Positions 28,114 through 36,988 of a stretch of 64,000 bases of DNA are shown in pieces. The stretch comes from a virus (lineage: Duplodnaviria; Caudoviricetes): positions 1,912 to 65,911 of IMG/VR virus record IMGVR_UViG_3300024262_005408, one strand, 5' to 3'. How positions within the stretch are numbered: the stretch's first letter is position 1; the number at the start of each line of letters is the position of its first letter. A model generated the notes under the pieces. It searched no databases, had not been told where the DNA came from, and saw nothing but the letters and a program-made list of their open reading frames with translations. The position numbers and the translations under genes were made by a program.

Positions 28114-29195
28114 TGAAACCGATATTAGTTACTTGTGTATATGATGCGAGATCTGATTGGCTTTTAGGGGGAAAAGACAATGATGAAGAATTATATGAAA
28201 CTTCATTAAAAAATCTTGCTAATTTTGGTATGCCTATGCATTTATATTGTTGGCCGTGGCGTGTAAAGTTATTAACCAAAATAGTAGAAAAATATTTTAA
28301 AGAATTTAAAATTATCGGCTTGGATTTGCTTGAATGGCCAAGATCTTATGAAATCTTAGAAACAAAGAACGATTTTGTGTGGCGTGATCTTCAAGATGGT
28401 AAAGACGATGGTAAGAAATACATGTATAGTCCGAGATGTGAACTTTTATGTCATTGGAAGTACATATGGTGCAGAAATGCAAAAGATAACGAATGGGGGT
28501 GTGATAGGGTTGTTTGGGTTGATGCTGGTGTAACGGAATGGTGTAAAATCCCGGTTTCTCTAGGTGGTGCAGAGTATGTTTACAGTATGAATGGTGCTAT
28601 GCAAAAAGAATATCCAGATACCCATTATTACCCTAGTAATAAAAAGAATATTTTTAGCCCTAAGTTTACTAATGGGTTAAAACGTATTTGGGAAAATAAG
28701 AAGTGGTTTCATTTAACACAAAATGTTTGTAATGATCGTTTGAGTGAATTTGATTGGCCAGAACATAAACATTTTGTGTCTAAGGTGCTTGATGAACAAA
28801 TGGGTTGGAAAAAAGTAGGTAACCAATATAAAGAAGAAGAAAAAGATAAAACTACATTTAAGTTACGAAAAAATGTAACAAAAAAGATAAAAGATGAACC
28901 TCGTGCTGAATACCCGTTTTGGACCGTGGGTACTATATTCGGTGGTGAATTTGAAGAATTAGAAACCAAAATAATTCCCTTGTATATGAAGTTATATAAT
29001 ATTTTTACTGATAATCACAAAGTACATCCCTTTACTGAAGAACCGTATTATAGTATTATTGCAGAAAAATACGATTATAACTTATTTTGGTTTGATACGT
29101 GGGGCCATGATAAAGAAGATGAGTCTTGCTGGACCAGCAGTGGTCAAAAACCGTTTTACACAACTATACTAGACATTATTAATTATAGAAATTGA
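28113..29195 (+). CDS. HtrL/WlaTC-like glycan-associated protein; paralog of 8745..9752
   Basis: RCELLCHWK vs RCEILCHRK, WVDAGVT vs WVDSGVT, HYYPSNKKN vs HYYPHNKKN. Confidence 0.55.
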   Translation: MKPILVTCVYDARSDWLLGGKDNDEELYETSLKNLANFGMPMHLYCWPWRVKLLTKIVEKYFKEFKIIGLDLLEWPRSYEILETKNDFVWRDLQDGKDDGKKYMYSPRCELLCHWKYIWCRNAKDNEWGCDRVVWVDAGVTEWCKIPVSLGGAEYVYSMNGAMQKEYPDTHYYPSNKKNIFSPKFTNGLKRIWENKKWFHLTQNVCNDRLSEFDWPEHKHFVSKVLDEQMGWKKVGNQYKEEEKDKTTFKLRKNVTKKIKDEPRAEYPFWTVGTIFGGEFEELETKIIPLYMKLYNIFTDNHKVHPFTEEPYYSIIAEKYDYNLFWFDTWGHDKEDESCWTSSGQKPFYTTILDIINYRN

Positions 29196-29207
29196 TTAAA
29201 TACTAAT

Positions 29208-29657
29208 ATGATGAAAAGCTTTGACATTATATTAGCCGAATGTTTAAAGAACAAGGGCTTGAAATATATACGGTTCAAAGTAGATCCTACTTTAAATTCT
29301 GGGTTTGAAAAATCTGAAGCTTATGAAGGGTTTGTACTTCAAGAGTTAAGTCATGAAAATTGTGGACCAGCTGGTCCCGGGTTACCACCCCTTTTAAAAG
29401 TTTTACTACCCGGTGGCCCGTTACCTGGTATATTTAACGTTAAAAAACCTGTATTAACCCCATCTAGACCTAATTCAATTAAAATGTTCAAAAAATACAT
29501 TGCTAAGAAGTTAAAAGATAAGATTAGTAAGAAAGAATTTGAACAGATAAGAAATACTAACGATATTGACGACATTGAGCATTATTTAAAACAAGGTGGG
29601 GTAGATGATTCGGAACTTCTAAAAATTTATAAAACATTGTTAAGACATGCCGCTTAA
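29208..29657 (+). CDS. Hypothetical protein, putative internal head protein
   Basis: MMKSFDIILAE leader; TAAATA at 29197. Confidence 0.55.
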   Translation: MMKSFDIILAECLKNKGLKYIRFKVDPTLNSGFEKSEAYEGFVLQELSHENCGPAGPGLPPLLKVLLPGGPLPGIFNVKKPVLTPSRPNSIKMFKKYIAKKLKDKISKKEFEQIRNTNDIDDIEHYLKQGGVDDSELLKIYKTLLRHAA

Positions 29658-30183
29658 AAAAGGAAAAACTGATAAAATATTACATCAGAATATATCTGAG
29701 TTAATGGGAGCCTATAAAAAATCTGGAAAAATAGGCACTTCAAAACCAAAAAGTAAAAAAGCAGCTCAAAAACAAGCAGCAGCTATATCTTACTCAAAAA
29801 TGGATGAGGTAGCTAGTATGTATGTTGATACTAGTTCTAATGCAATACAACGGTTATCAGAAATGCATCATGAAGATGAAGACCACCCTACTGGTGGTGT
29901 TCGACTTGGCCACGGTCCGCCATTAGATGATGTTGTGTGTGAATGTAATGATTGTGTTTATTGGGCTAAAGGTAATAGGTGTGTTGCTCCAAAAATACAT
30001 TTAAGTTTTGCTAGCAACGATAGAGGTGAACGAATATGTGAATGTAACACGTACACATCCGATCCCTCAGAATCAGAAGAAGCTTCAGATAAATTTCAAG
30101 AGCTGGATGGTGATGAAGACACATACGGTCCAGATCAAATAGACGACACTCTTTATGGTTTACCGCCTATTTTTAAGAAATAA
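29647..30183 (+). CDS. Hypothetical fusion of a basic N-terminal module and a DUF1540-like Cys domain
   Basis: MPLKKGK...NISELM...KQAAAI, then CECNDCVYW...CVAPKI...CECNTY. Confidence 0.5.
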   Translation: MPLKKGKTDKILHQNISELMGAYKKSGKIGTSKPKSKKAAQKQAAAISYSKMDEVASMYVDTSSNAIQRLSEMHHEDEDHPTGGVRLGHGPPLDDVVCECNDCVYWAKGNRCVAPKIHLSFASNDRGERICECNTYTSDPSESEEASDKFQELDGDEDTYGPDQIDDTLYGLPPIFKK

Positions 30184-30184
30184 G

Positions 30185-30212
30185 TTGACTCTATTTGTAC
30201 CTAATTTATAAT
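30185..30212 (+). promoter_or_regulatory. Sigma70-like promoter TTGACT-16-TATAAT, 6 nt before the queD ATG
   Basis: Read directly. Confidence 0.75.
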
Positions 30213-30218
30213 AGAGGA

Positions 30219-31061
30219 ATGAAATTTCAGAGTACTAAGGTTATTGAATTGGGTAGCTGTGCTTTTAGACAGCCGCAAGCTAATCATTCTCATTGCAGGT
30301 TTTTACACGGTTATAGACTTACAGCTAAATTTTGGTTTGCCGCTGGTGAACTAGACGAAAATAATTGGGTGGTAGATTTTGGTGGGTTAAAGGGTCTTAA
30401 AGAAAAGTTTAAAAATCAATTTGATCATACAACTTGTATTGCAGCTAGTGACCCTGCATTACCTATTTTTAAAGAATTAGAAAAAGCCGGAGCATGTGAT
30501 TTGAGGATTATGTCAAATGGTACTGGTGTTGAAAGAATTGCTGAGTGGTGTTATGACACCGCAGACTTTTTTATTAAAGCAGCTACTAATGATAGGTGTT
30601 GGGTTGAAAAGGTTGAAGTCTTTGAGCATGAAGATAATAGTGCAGTATTTACTAGGATAGTTACTCAAACAATGAGATATAATGAAGAGGTAGATTGGGA
30701 TGCATATAGAGAAGCAGAAGCATGCGGTCCACAAGCTAATCCAAGAGATTTTGAAAAATCTACACCTTGTCATGAATTAGGCGAATCTGATGACCCTATT
30801 GATGAAAATATAAAGCGAGCCCGACAAAAGATGGCTGATGCTCAGATCGAAGCAAAAGAAGCTGCAGCTCCTGTTGAAACCCCGCTAACTAAAGCTAAAG
30901 CCGATGAAATTCAACGTAATTTACCCGGTGCTAAAAGAACAAAATCTGTTGGTGCAAGAACCGGGCCAGGTCCGAAAACGGGTGATTATAATGACCCTTT
31001 CCATGGTACCAGTTGGGCATCAGACAAACCGGGTGACTCTTACGCACCTAAAAGAGGGTAA
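30219..31061 (+). CDS. queD: 6-carboxytetrahydropterin synthase with a long C-terminal extension
   Basis: HSHCRFLHGY, WVVDFGGLK, FDHTT, GVERIAEW, EVFEH; start reassigned to ATG 30219. Confidence 0.9.
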   Translation: MKFQSTKVIELGSCAFRQPQANHSHCRFLHGYRLTAKFWFAAGELDENNWVVDFGGLKGLKEKFKNQFDHTTCIAASDPALPIFKELEKAGACDLRIMSNGTGVERIAEWCYDTADFFIKAATNDRCWVEKVEVFEHEDNSAVFTRIVTQTMRYNEEVDWDAYREAEACGPQANPRDFEKSTPCHELGESDDPIDENIKRARQKMADAQIEAKEAAAPVETPLTKAKADEIQRNLPGAKRTKSVGARTGPGPKTGDYNDPFHGTSWASDKPGDSYAPKRG

Positions 31062-31228
31062 TGATAGAAAGAGAAAAAGACCCTCAAATTGAAAAATTAG
31101 CAGGAGATGTATTCTCAAAAATGGCTGAAATAGGTAAACCATTTGATAAAGGTACAGATCACCCGGAGGCTCATATAGTTTCTCCAGAAGACGCTATTAA
31201 AGAACTTTTACAAATTCAAAAAGATTAA
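31061..31228 (+). CDS. Small hypothetical protein (55 aa)
   Basis: Not in the ORF track; TAATG-coupled to queD; MIEREKDPQIEKLAGDVFSKMAE...ELLQIQKD. Confidence 0.5.
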   Translation: MIEREKDPQIEKLAGDVFSKMAEIGKPFDKGTDHPEAHIVSPEDAIKELLQIQKD

Positions 31229-31962
31229 ACATCTGATAATACATGAACAATGTGTTTTAATATTTTACTTCTAACTATATCATCACTTCCAAAATAAAAC
31301 GCTGATATACCGTGGGTCTTACTTATATCATTGTCAAATGCTTCAATGATAGAAGAAAACCCAGATTTACCATTAATATCTGATTGATTAGAATCACCAA
31401 TGACTACATATTTGGACCCTTCACCAAACCTTGTTAAAATGGTTGTTATTTCTTGTTTTGTAAGATTTTGAGCTTCATCTACTATTACCATTGATTTATT
31501 AAATGTTAACCCCCTAGTAAAATTTACAGGTAAACATTTAATATATTCTTTTTTAAACAAAGAGTTAGCTGTGGTCTTTGTTACTAGTTCATCCAATTTA
31601 TCCATTAACGGTAAAGAATAAGGAAGGAATTTTTCATCTAACTGCCCTGGAAGGTGACCGATTTTTTGATTTGCCGATTCTACAACGCTCCTCAAATATA
31701 TTATTTGACTCATCTTATTTGTTGCTACAAGAGTTAAAGCACCAAAAACAGACAAGTACGTTTTAGCTGTCCCGGCGAACCCATCAGCAAAAACTATTTT
31801 TGTGTCTTCTTGAAGAAGGGTTTGTATAAACTTTTTTTGATTTTCCGTAAAATCAAATTTATTTTTAACATTAAAGTTTAAATCCCAGTTACCTTGCAAA
31901 TCTGTTGTGTGTAACTGTTCCGACTCGAAAACCGCGGCTAGCCGCGAGCGTTTTGTTGCCAT
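31225..31962 (-). CDS. phoH: PhoH-family ATPase
   Basis: GFAGTAKT, GHLPG, RGLTF, DEAQN, TRFGEGSK, GDSNQSD, DIVRS. Confidence 0.95.
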   Translation of the reverse strand: MATKRSRLAAVFESEQLHTTDLQGNWDLNFNVKNKFDFTENQKKFIQTLLQEDTKIVFADGFAGTAKTYLSVFGALTLVATNKMSQIIYLRSVVESANQKIGHLPGQLDEKFLPYSLPLMDKLDELVTKTTANSLFKKEYIKCLPVNFTRGLTFNKSMVIVDEAQNLTKQEITTILTRFGEGSKYVVIGDSNQSDINGKSGFSSIIEAFDNDISKTHGISAFYFGSDDIVRSKILKHIVHVLSDV

Positions 31963-31979
31963 ACTATTAATATTTAATC

Positions 31980-32007
31980 TTGATAATACATTTGTTCATA
32001 ATAAAAT
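31980..32007 (+). promoter_or_regulatory. Sigma70-like promoter TTGATA-16-TAAAAT, 7 nt before the queE ATG
   Basis: Read directly. Confidence 0.65.
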
Positions 32008-32014
32008 CATTTAT

Positions 32015-32758
32015 ATGAATAACAGCGATGAAACTATTTATCTTAGCGATGATAAAATATTTTACACAGTTGAAGGAGAAGGAGAGTTTGTAGGTTACCC
32101 TTCTGTTTTTATGAGACTATCAATGTGTAATCTAACATGTAAAGGATTTGCATCTGCTGCTTCTCCTCACGGTTGTGATAGTTTTATATCTTGGCGCGTT
32201 AAAAATAAATTTACAATTAAGGAAGTTTTTGATCTTCTTGAAAGTGGTGGTTATAAAGATCATTTATACAATGGTGCTATATTAAAAATTACTGGCGGAG
32301 AACCTCTAGTACAACAAAAGGCATTATTAAAGTTTTTAGATTATATGGAAGTTGAATGGGGATGGGTACCTCGTATAGATTTTGAAACTAATGCAACAAT
32401 CTTGCCTGATCCAGAGTGGTTGAGAGTCGGCGCCACGTTTACTACATCTCCTAAGATGAGTAATAATGGTGATCCTGAAGATCGTCGATATAAACCAAAA
32501 GTATTAGATTGGCACTCTACTAATGGATCTGGATTTAAATTTGTAATTGATAAAGAATCAGATCTAGATGAAGTATTTGCAAAGTATATTGATCCGTTTG
32601 ACATACCAATTGGTAGAGTGTGGTTAATGCCTTGTTGTGGTAGCAGAGAAGAGCATATAGAAAAAGCCCCTATGGTTGCTGAACTAGCTAAGAAGCATAG
32701 ATTTAACTTTAGTTCACGACTACATTTATTAGTGTGGGATAAAGCCTTGCTCGTTTAA
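32015..32758 (+). CDS. queE: 7-carboxy-7-deazaguanine synthase (radical SAM)
   Basis: FYTVEGEG, FMRLSMCNLTC-x11-CDS, ITGGEP, ETNA, TSPK, RLH; start reassigned to 32015. Confidence 0.9.
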   Translation: MNNSDETIYLSDDKIFYTVEGEGEFVGYPSVFMRLSMCNLTCKGFASAASPHGCDSFISWRVKNKFTIKEVFDLLESGGYKDHLYNGAILKITGGEPLVQQKALLKFLDYMEVEWGWVPRIDFETNATILPDPEWLRVGATFTTSPKMSNNGDPEDRRYKPKVLDWHSTNGSGFKFVIDKESDLDEVFAKYIDPFDIPIGRVWLMPCCGSREEHIEKAPMVAELAKKHRFNFSSRLHLLVWDKALLV

Positions 32759-32780
32759 TACCATATATGACATAGGAGAG

Positions 32781-33395
32781 TTAGGTTAGGGGTTCTGAGC
32801 TCCAGCCTAACTCTCTCCATGTTTTACCTCTCCACCCAAACCTCCAATACCTCTTTGATTCAATCTTCTTATCTACATACTTTATACATCTGTTCATTAT
32901 AGTTACATTTGAACACTCATTTGTCTCTGCTGCTTTAAATGCATTTGTGAACTCTCCTTTTGGTGTGTAATACCTGTACTTTTCATGACACTTACTATTA
33001 ATAGCTGATCTTTTCTTTTTATATTCATCTGAGCAATTTGCATAAAACCTTTTAAGAGAAATAATCTTCTTTTTATTTTGTTCTTCTGTAATACTTCTTC
33101 CGAGCATTGTGGGTCCACCATCTCCTCTCTCAGGTACCAAATTAGCCCAACCCTCACTCTTTACTATATCCTGCTCCTCACTTAATAATATAGCCTGCTT
33201 AATAAACTCTTCCTTATCTGTAAACTCTCCAACAATCTCTGTAGTAATATCTCCCCCATGTACATTAAGATGTCTTTTCCAGTAACTACCTGATCCCTTG
33301 TATGTAAAAGGGTATTTAGGATTATCTGTAGATGTTTTACAGAGATATTTTAAACCTGTCTTATTATGTGTTTTAATCATTAAGTAATGTGTCAT
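32781..33395 (-). mobile_element. Free-standing Seg-like GIY-YIG homing endonuclease
   Basis: HYLMIKTHNKTGLKYLCKT, YKGSGSYW, WANL; opposite strand to its neighbours; own TATAAATA promoter; only one CG dinucleotide in about 640 bp. Confidence 0.7.
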
Positions 33396-33499
33396 ATAAT
33401 TATTTATACTTTTAATGCCTGGTCCTCATGAAAAATACCCCTATTACCTCTCAAAAAAATACTGACTTGAAGATCTAGGGCCATAACTTATGTATTAAT

Positions 33500-34333
33500 A
33501 TGAACGATTGGGTGGTCCCGAATTTTTATAAAGCACCAGAAAATTCTCTATTTGATAAAGAGTTCGATTATTTTGTAAGCTTGGGTCATAGGTGTTGTGT
33601 TGGTCAAGCACTAAACTACATGCGTAAATCTTCTTTTCCGTTTGATTGGCAAGTAACAAAAATGTCTGCCCTTGCAAATATTTTTAAAAATGAATTTAAA
33701 AACTTTTATCCTGATAGCGGTGTAGATTTTGCTCATGTGATCTACTATCAGGATGAAAATAATCAAGAAACTGATAGAATTAATGAAGAAGCAACATATG
33801 AAATATATAATCGCCGTAGTAAGAGATTAGTTAAATTGTTGAAAGAAAATGAACGAAAATTATTGTTTGTTCGTCATAAGTATATTTGGTACTGGTCTAA
33901 ATGGCCAGAACATGGTGCACAATATGATGCAAACCCGGTAGATTACGATATTCAACAGTTAGTTGAAGTTTCAAACATTTTAAAAAATCAATATGGAAAT
34001 GATAAATTTGAAATATTGTACGTTTATCAAGATATGAGAGATTTTAAAGAATTCGAGTGGGATGAAAACGGAGAAATAGATCAAAGAAGTTTCACATTAC
34101 CGGCGGGACAGGAACAGATGGAGTTAGCAAAACAATTTACATATGTTGAGCAGTTAGGGTTTAAAGATAAAAATATTACACCTGTTGTAGTAAAACCTAA
34201 TAATGTAAGAGTTGAAGGTAATGCAATGTGTAGCGCTATTAATTCATTTATAAAATTATCTGATATTCACGATTTTAATTTACCCTACGGTTATGAAAAA
34301 ATTAAATTATCCAGAAATATAGATGTCGAATAA
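33500..34333 (+). CDS. DUF1796-like putative papain-like peptidase
   Basis: FVSLGHRC, SSFPFDW, FAH, YNRRSKRL, LLFVR. Confidence 0.65.
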   Translation: MNDWVVPNFYKAPENSLFDKEFDYFVSLGHRCCVGQALNYMRKSSFPFDWQVTKMSALANIFKNEFKNFYPDSGVDFAHVIYYQDENNQETDRINEEATYEIYNRRSKRLVKLLKENERKLLFVRHKYIWYWSKWPEHGAQYDANPVDYDIQQLVEVSNILKNQYGNDKFEILYVYQDMRDFKEFEWDENGEIDQRSFTLPAGQEQMELAKQFTYVEQLGFKDKNITPVVVKPNNVRVEGNAMCSAINSFIKLSDIHDFNLPYGYEKIKLSRNIDVE

Positions 34334-34979
34334 AAAAGCAGTACTACAATCTATATGTAACAATTATGAAGACTTAATTAATGTAACTAGACCACATAAC
34401 GCAGAATATGCAGATAAAATAGGGTTTGATTACATTCTTCATAAAAATTTGGAAGTTTTAGGCCGTTCGATTTTTAAACATGATCGAGCCCCGGCTTGGA
34501 ACAAAATGTATTCTATAAAATATCTTTTTGCAAAAGGATACGAACAAATATTTTTATTAGATGGTGATGCTGTAGTAGTAGACAAAGAAAAAAATGTTTT
34601 AGATTTAAAAAAAGGAAAAGAAGATAAAAGTATCCATATTTGTTGTGACGGCCTCGAAAAAACGTTAATTCATGTTAATACAGGGGCTATTTTTATTGAA
34701 AAAAATAAGTATACAATACAGTTTATTGAAAACGTAATAAACACCCCGAATTTGCTATGGCACAATACCAGAAATTGGGAACAAAATGCAATACATGAAG
34801 AATTTGATAAAGTTGAATTTTTGTACACAAAAATAGTACAATTATATGATTCAGATTATTTTAACCATAACGGTGATTGGGTTTTCCATCCATGCTGGGA
34901 CTGCACTTCAGCTGAAAAGGTATCGTTAATAAAAAAGAAATTAAATCACCCCAAACAAGATGTATTAAAAATGGGTTGA
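34323..34979 (+). CDS. GT34/DUF273-like glycosyltransferase
   Basis: EYADKIGFDY, PAWNK, LLDGDA, NTGAIF, WEQNA. Confidence 0.7.
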   Translation: MSNKKAVLQSICNNYEDLINVTRPHNAEYADKIGFDYILHKNLEVLGRSIFKHDRAPAWNKMYSIKYLFAKGYEQIFLLDGDAVVVDKEKNVLDLKKGKEDKSIHICCDGLEKTLIHVNTGAIFIEKNKYTIQFIENVINTPNLLWHNTRNWEQNAIHEEFDKVEFLYTKIVQLYDSDYFNHNGDWVFHPCWDCTSAEKVSLIKKKLNHPKQDVLKMG

Positions 34980-34989
34980 ATAAATATAG

Positions 34990-35262
34990 ATGATGACCCG
35001 GTTTCAGCTAAGATGTAATGAATTGTTAGAACATACCGATTTAGATCCTAACGAGCTAACTATTGGAGATGTAATAAGAAATGTAAATCCTGAATGTAAA
35101 CATTTTAAGAGCAAAGGTAAAGTTATTGCAATAAAACCTATGCACGGTGACACTGGCGAATCGGGTAACTTAGTAAGATACATAGTTTTAAATAGGGGTA
35201 AGACATTTAACCCTGGTGATGAACTTGAAAAAACCGAAATTCAATTAGATAAAATTTTGTGA
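34990..35262 (+). CDS. Small SH3-like hypothetical protein, putative internal head protein
   Basis: MMTRFQLRCNELLE leader; IGDVIRNVNPECKHFKSKGKV; TAAATA at 34981. Confidence 0.55.
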   Translation: MMTRFQLRCNELLEHTDLDPNELTIGDVIRNVNPECKHFKSKGKVIAIKPMHGDTGESGNLVRYIVLNRGKTFNPGDELEKTEIQLDKIL

Positions 35263-35322
35263 ATTACGAATACCGAATACATAAGTAATAGTCTTTTCAT
35301 TAGTAATTAATAAATATATAAA

Positions 35323-36987
35323 ATGAACAGAAGTAAAGACATTTCAGCCATTTTCGAAAATTACCAAGGAACGTTGGATATGTCCCCTCAAACATCGTTT
35401 AAACAGGATAAAGAATTTTTTCAATATGTTATAGAAAGTAATCCTCACTTAGCCCCGCTAAGAAACGTAAAATTAAAATATATTTTTGAATTATATAAAC
35501 TCAAATTAAAAGAAAATCTTGATAGAGATATGCCAGGTTTAATAACAGAAAATACACAATTAAACCTTACATTAAGAGAGAGTTTTGATATTATTCAAGA
35601 TTTTACAAAAAATGTTTCTGATAAAAGTGCTTATGAGGGTGTAAAAGAAATTTTTGAAAGTATTTGTGCAGATTATCTACTTCAAAAGGGTGATGGGTTA
35701 TTACTAGAAGTTGGTTATAGAGACACAGCATCCGGCATGGGTAGCCGGCCAACTAGTGCTACCTCTAATAAAAGGGTACCAAGCATGCGGCCCGACTTAG
35801 TAAAAAGAAGAGCTCGGTACGCGCAAAAGAGAGGTGAAGTAGCACAACCACTAGCACAAGCAACAACTCAGCCCGGTGCGACAGAAACTATTACAAAAGA
35901 CGTAGAGGCAGTAGCAAGACCTGCTGCACCTGCAGGACCAACAGCTCAAGCAATACAGCAACAACAGCAACTGCGTCAGCAAGGTGCGGAACTTAAAAAC
36001 CTACAAGCTCAGCAAGGTCAACCAAATGCTGCTCAAATACAGGGCCAACAGAAAATGCGTGAAATGCAGGCACAAAATGATGCGATGCAAAAGCAAATTC
36101 AGGACATGGAAGCTAAAGAAGCTGAAATGTCTGCTGCTCAAAAAGCTCAGTCTGATGCACAGCAAGAAGCAATGCAAAAGCAAATGGCTGCTATGGCAGC
36201 GGTGATGCAGCAAATGGCAGACCAACAGCAGAAGCAAACTCAACCTCCGGTAATAGACATAGAAACAGAAACAGAAACAGAAACAGAAGGTGAAGCAGGA
36301 GCACCCGGTGCAGCAGGAGCACCCGGTGCAGCAGGAGCACCCACACCTGCTAAAAAGCCAGGTATGTTAGCTAGAGCAGGTGGTTGGTTAAAGGATAAGG
36401 CTGCACAAGTCGCACCGACAGTTGGTATGGCGGCAGGTGGTTTACTTGGTAGTGCTTTAGGTCCAGCTGGGACGATCGGTGGCGCTGCTTTAGGTAAAGC
36501 ATTAGGTGCCGGGACCCAATCTGCGATAAACGCACCAAAAGGTGGCCGAATTAAAGCGGCGATGCAAACACCAGTAGGTAAACATTTAGCACAAGGTGCC
36601 GCCGTAGGTGGTCTAGGTGCATTAATGGGTGCCGGTGGTGGTGAAGAAGCAGCTGCTACACCAGATGTTACACCAGATGTTGCACCACTAGGTGGTGGTA
36701 CAACTCCTGCTAGTATGGTTGGTGATACAGCTGATGTAAACAGCCCAGAATATCAAGCATCTATGACTCAAGTAGCTGATACTCAACCAGCGTTAATGAA
36801 TGCCGACGGCAGCATGGGCCCGGGTACGGAATCTGGTATGGAAGTAGATGAAACAGAAACAGCAACAGAAGAAGCACCATATGGTATAAACCCAAATACA
36901 GGAGAGCCATTACCAGCACCAAGAGGGCAGGTTAAAGGTGGTAAAGGATTAATGAATCTTGCTAAAGGATTCGCAAAATACGGATAA
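35323..36987 (+). CDS. Gln/Ala-rich coiled-coil and glycine-zipper protein, putative ejection protein
   Basis: Several (L/I)xE sites in the N-terminal 130 aa, QM-rich helix, ET and GAAGAP repeats, GxxxG arrays, acidic tail; late promoter. Confidence 0.55.
   Translation: MNRSKDISAIFENYQGTLDMSPQTSFKQDKEFFQYVIESNPHLAPLRNVKLKYIFELYKLKLKENLDRDMPGLITENTQLNLTLRESFDIIQDFTKNVSDKSAYEGVKEIFESICADYLLQKGDGLLLEVGYRDTASGMGSRPTSATSNKRVPSMRPDLVKRRARYAQKRGEVAQPLAQATTQPGATETITKDVEAVARPAAPAGPTAQAIQQQQQLRQQGAELKNLQAQQGQPNAAQIQGQQKMREMQAQNDAMQKQIQDMEAKEAEMSAAQKAQSDAQQEAMQKQMAAMAAVMQQMADQQQKQTQPPVIDIETETETETEGEAGAPGAAGAPGAAGAPTPAKKPGMLARAGGWLKDKAAQVAPTVGMAAGGLLGSALGPAGTIGGAALGKALGAGTQSAINAPKGGRIKAAMQTPVGKHLAQGAAVGGLGALMGAGGGEEAAATPDVTPDVAPLGGGTTPASMVGDTADVNSPEYQASMTQVADTQPALMNADGSMGPGTESGMEVDETETATEEAPYGINPNTGEPLPAPRGQVKGGKGLMNLAKGFAKYG
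36262..36342 (+). repeat. Coding tandem repeats: (GAAACA)x4 and about 2.7 copies of an 18-bp GCAGGAGCACCCGGTGCA unit
   Basis: Encodes ETETETETE and AGAPGAAGAPGAAGAP. Confidence 0.8.
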
Positions 36988-36988
36988 G

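Noticed and set aside
30213-30218. AGAGGA before queD as a Shine-Dalgarno
   Set aside because: It abuts the ATG with zero spacing and lies between the -10 box and the expected +1
31907-32014. Longer N-termini given by the ORF track for queE (also queD, DinG-like, DUF4282, 13267, 36959, 37905, 42543)
   Set aside because: The extensions overlap neighbouring genes or promoters; downstream ATGs fit the promoter geometry and domain starts
32120-32180. QueE Cys motif CxxxC-x11-C rather than CxxxCxxC
   Set aside because: Atypical Cys spacing is already known among QueE enzymes; not evidence of a pseudogene or new chemistry
32759-33499. Possible group I intron splitting queE around the endonuclease
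   Set aside because: queE ends with a normal RLHLLVWD-type C-terminus and stop; the endonuclease is antisense, and no second exon or intron core is visible
35984-36243. Alternative-frame and antisense ORFs inside the Gln-rich gene
   Set aside because: By-products of low-complexity CAA/GCA coding sequence
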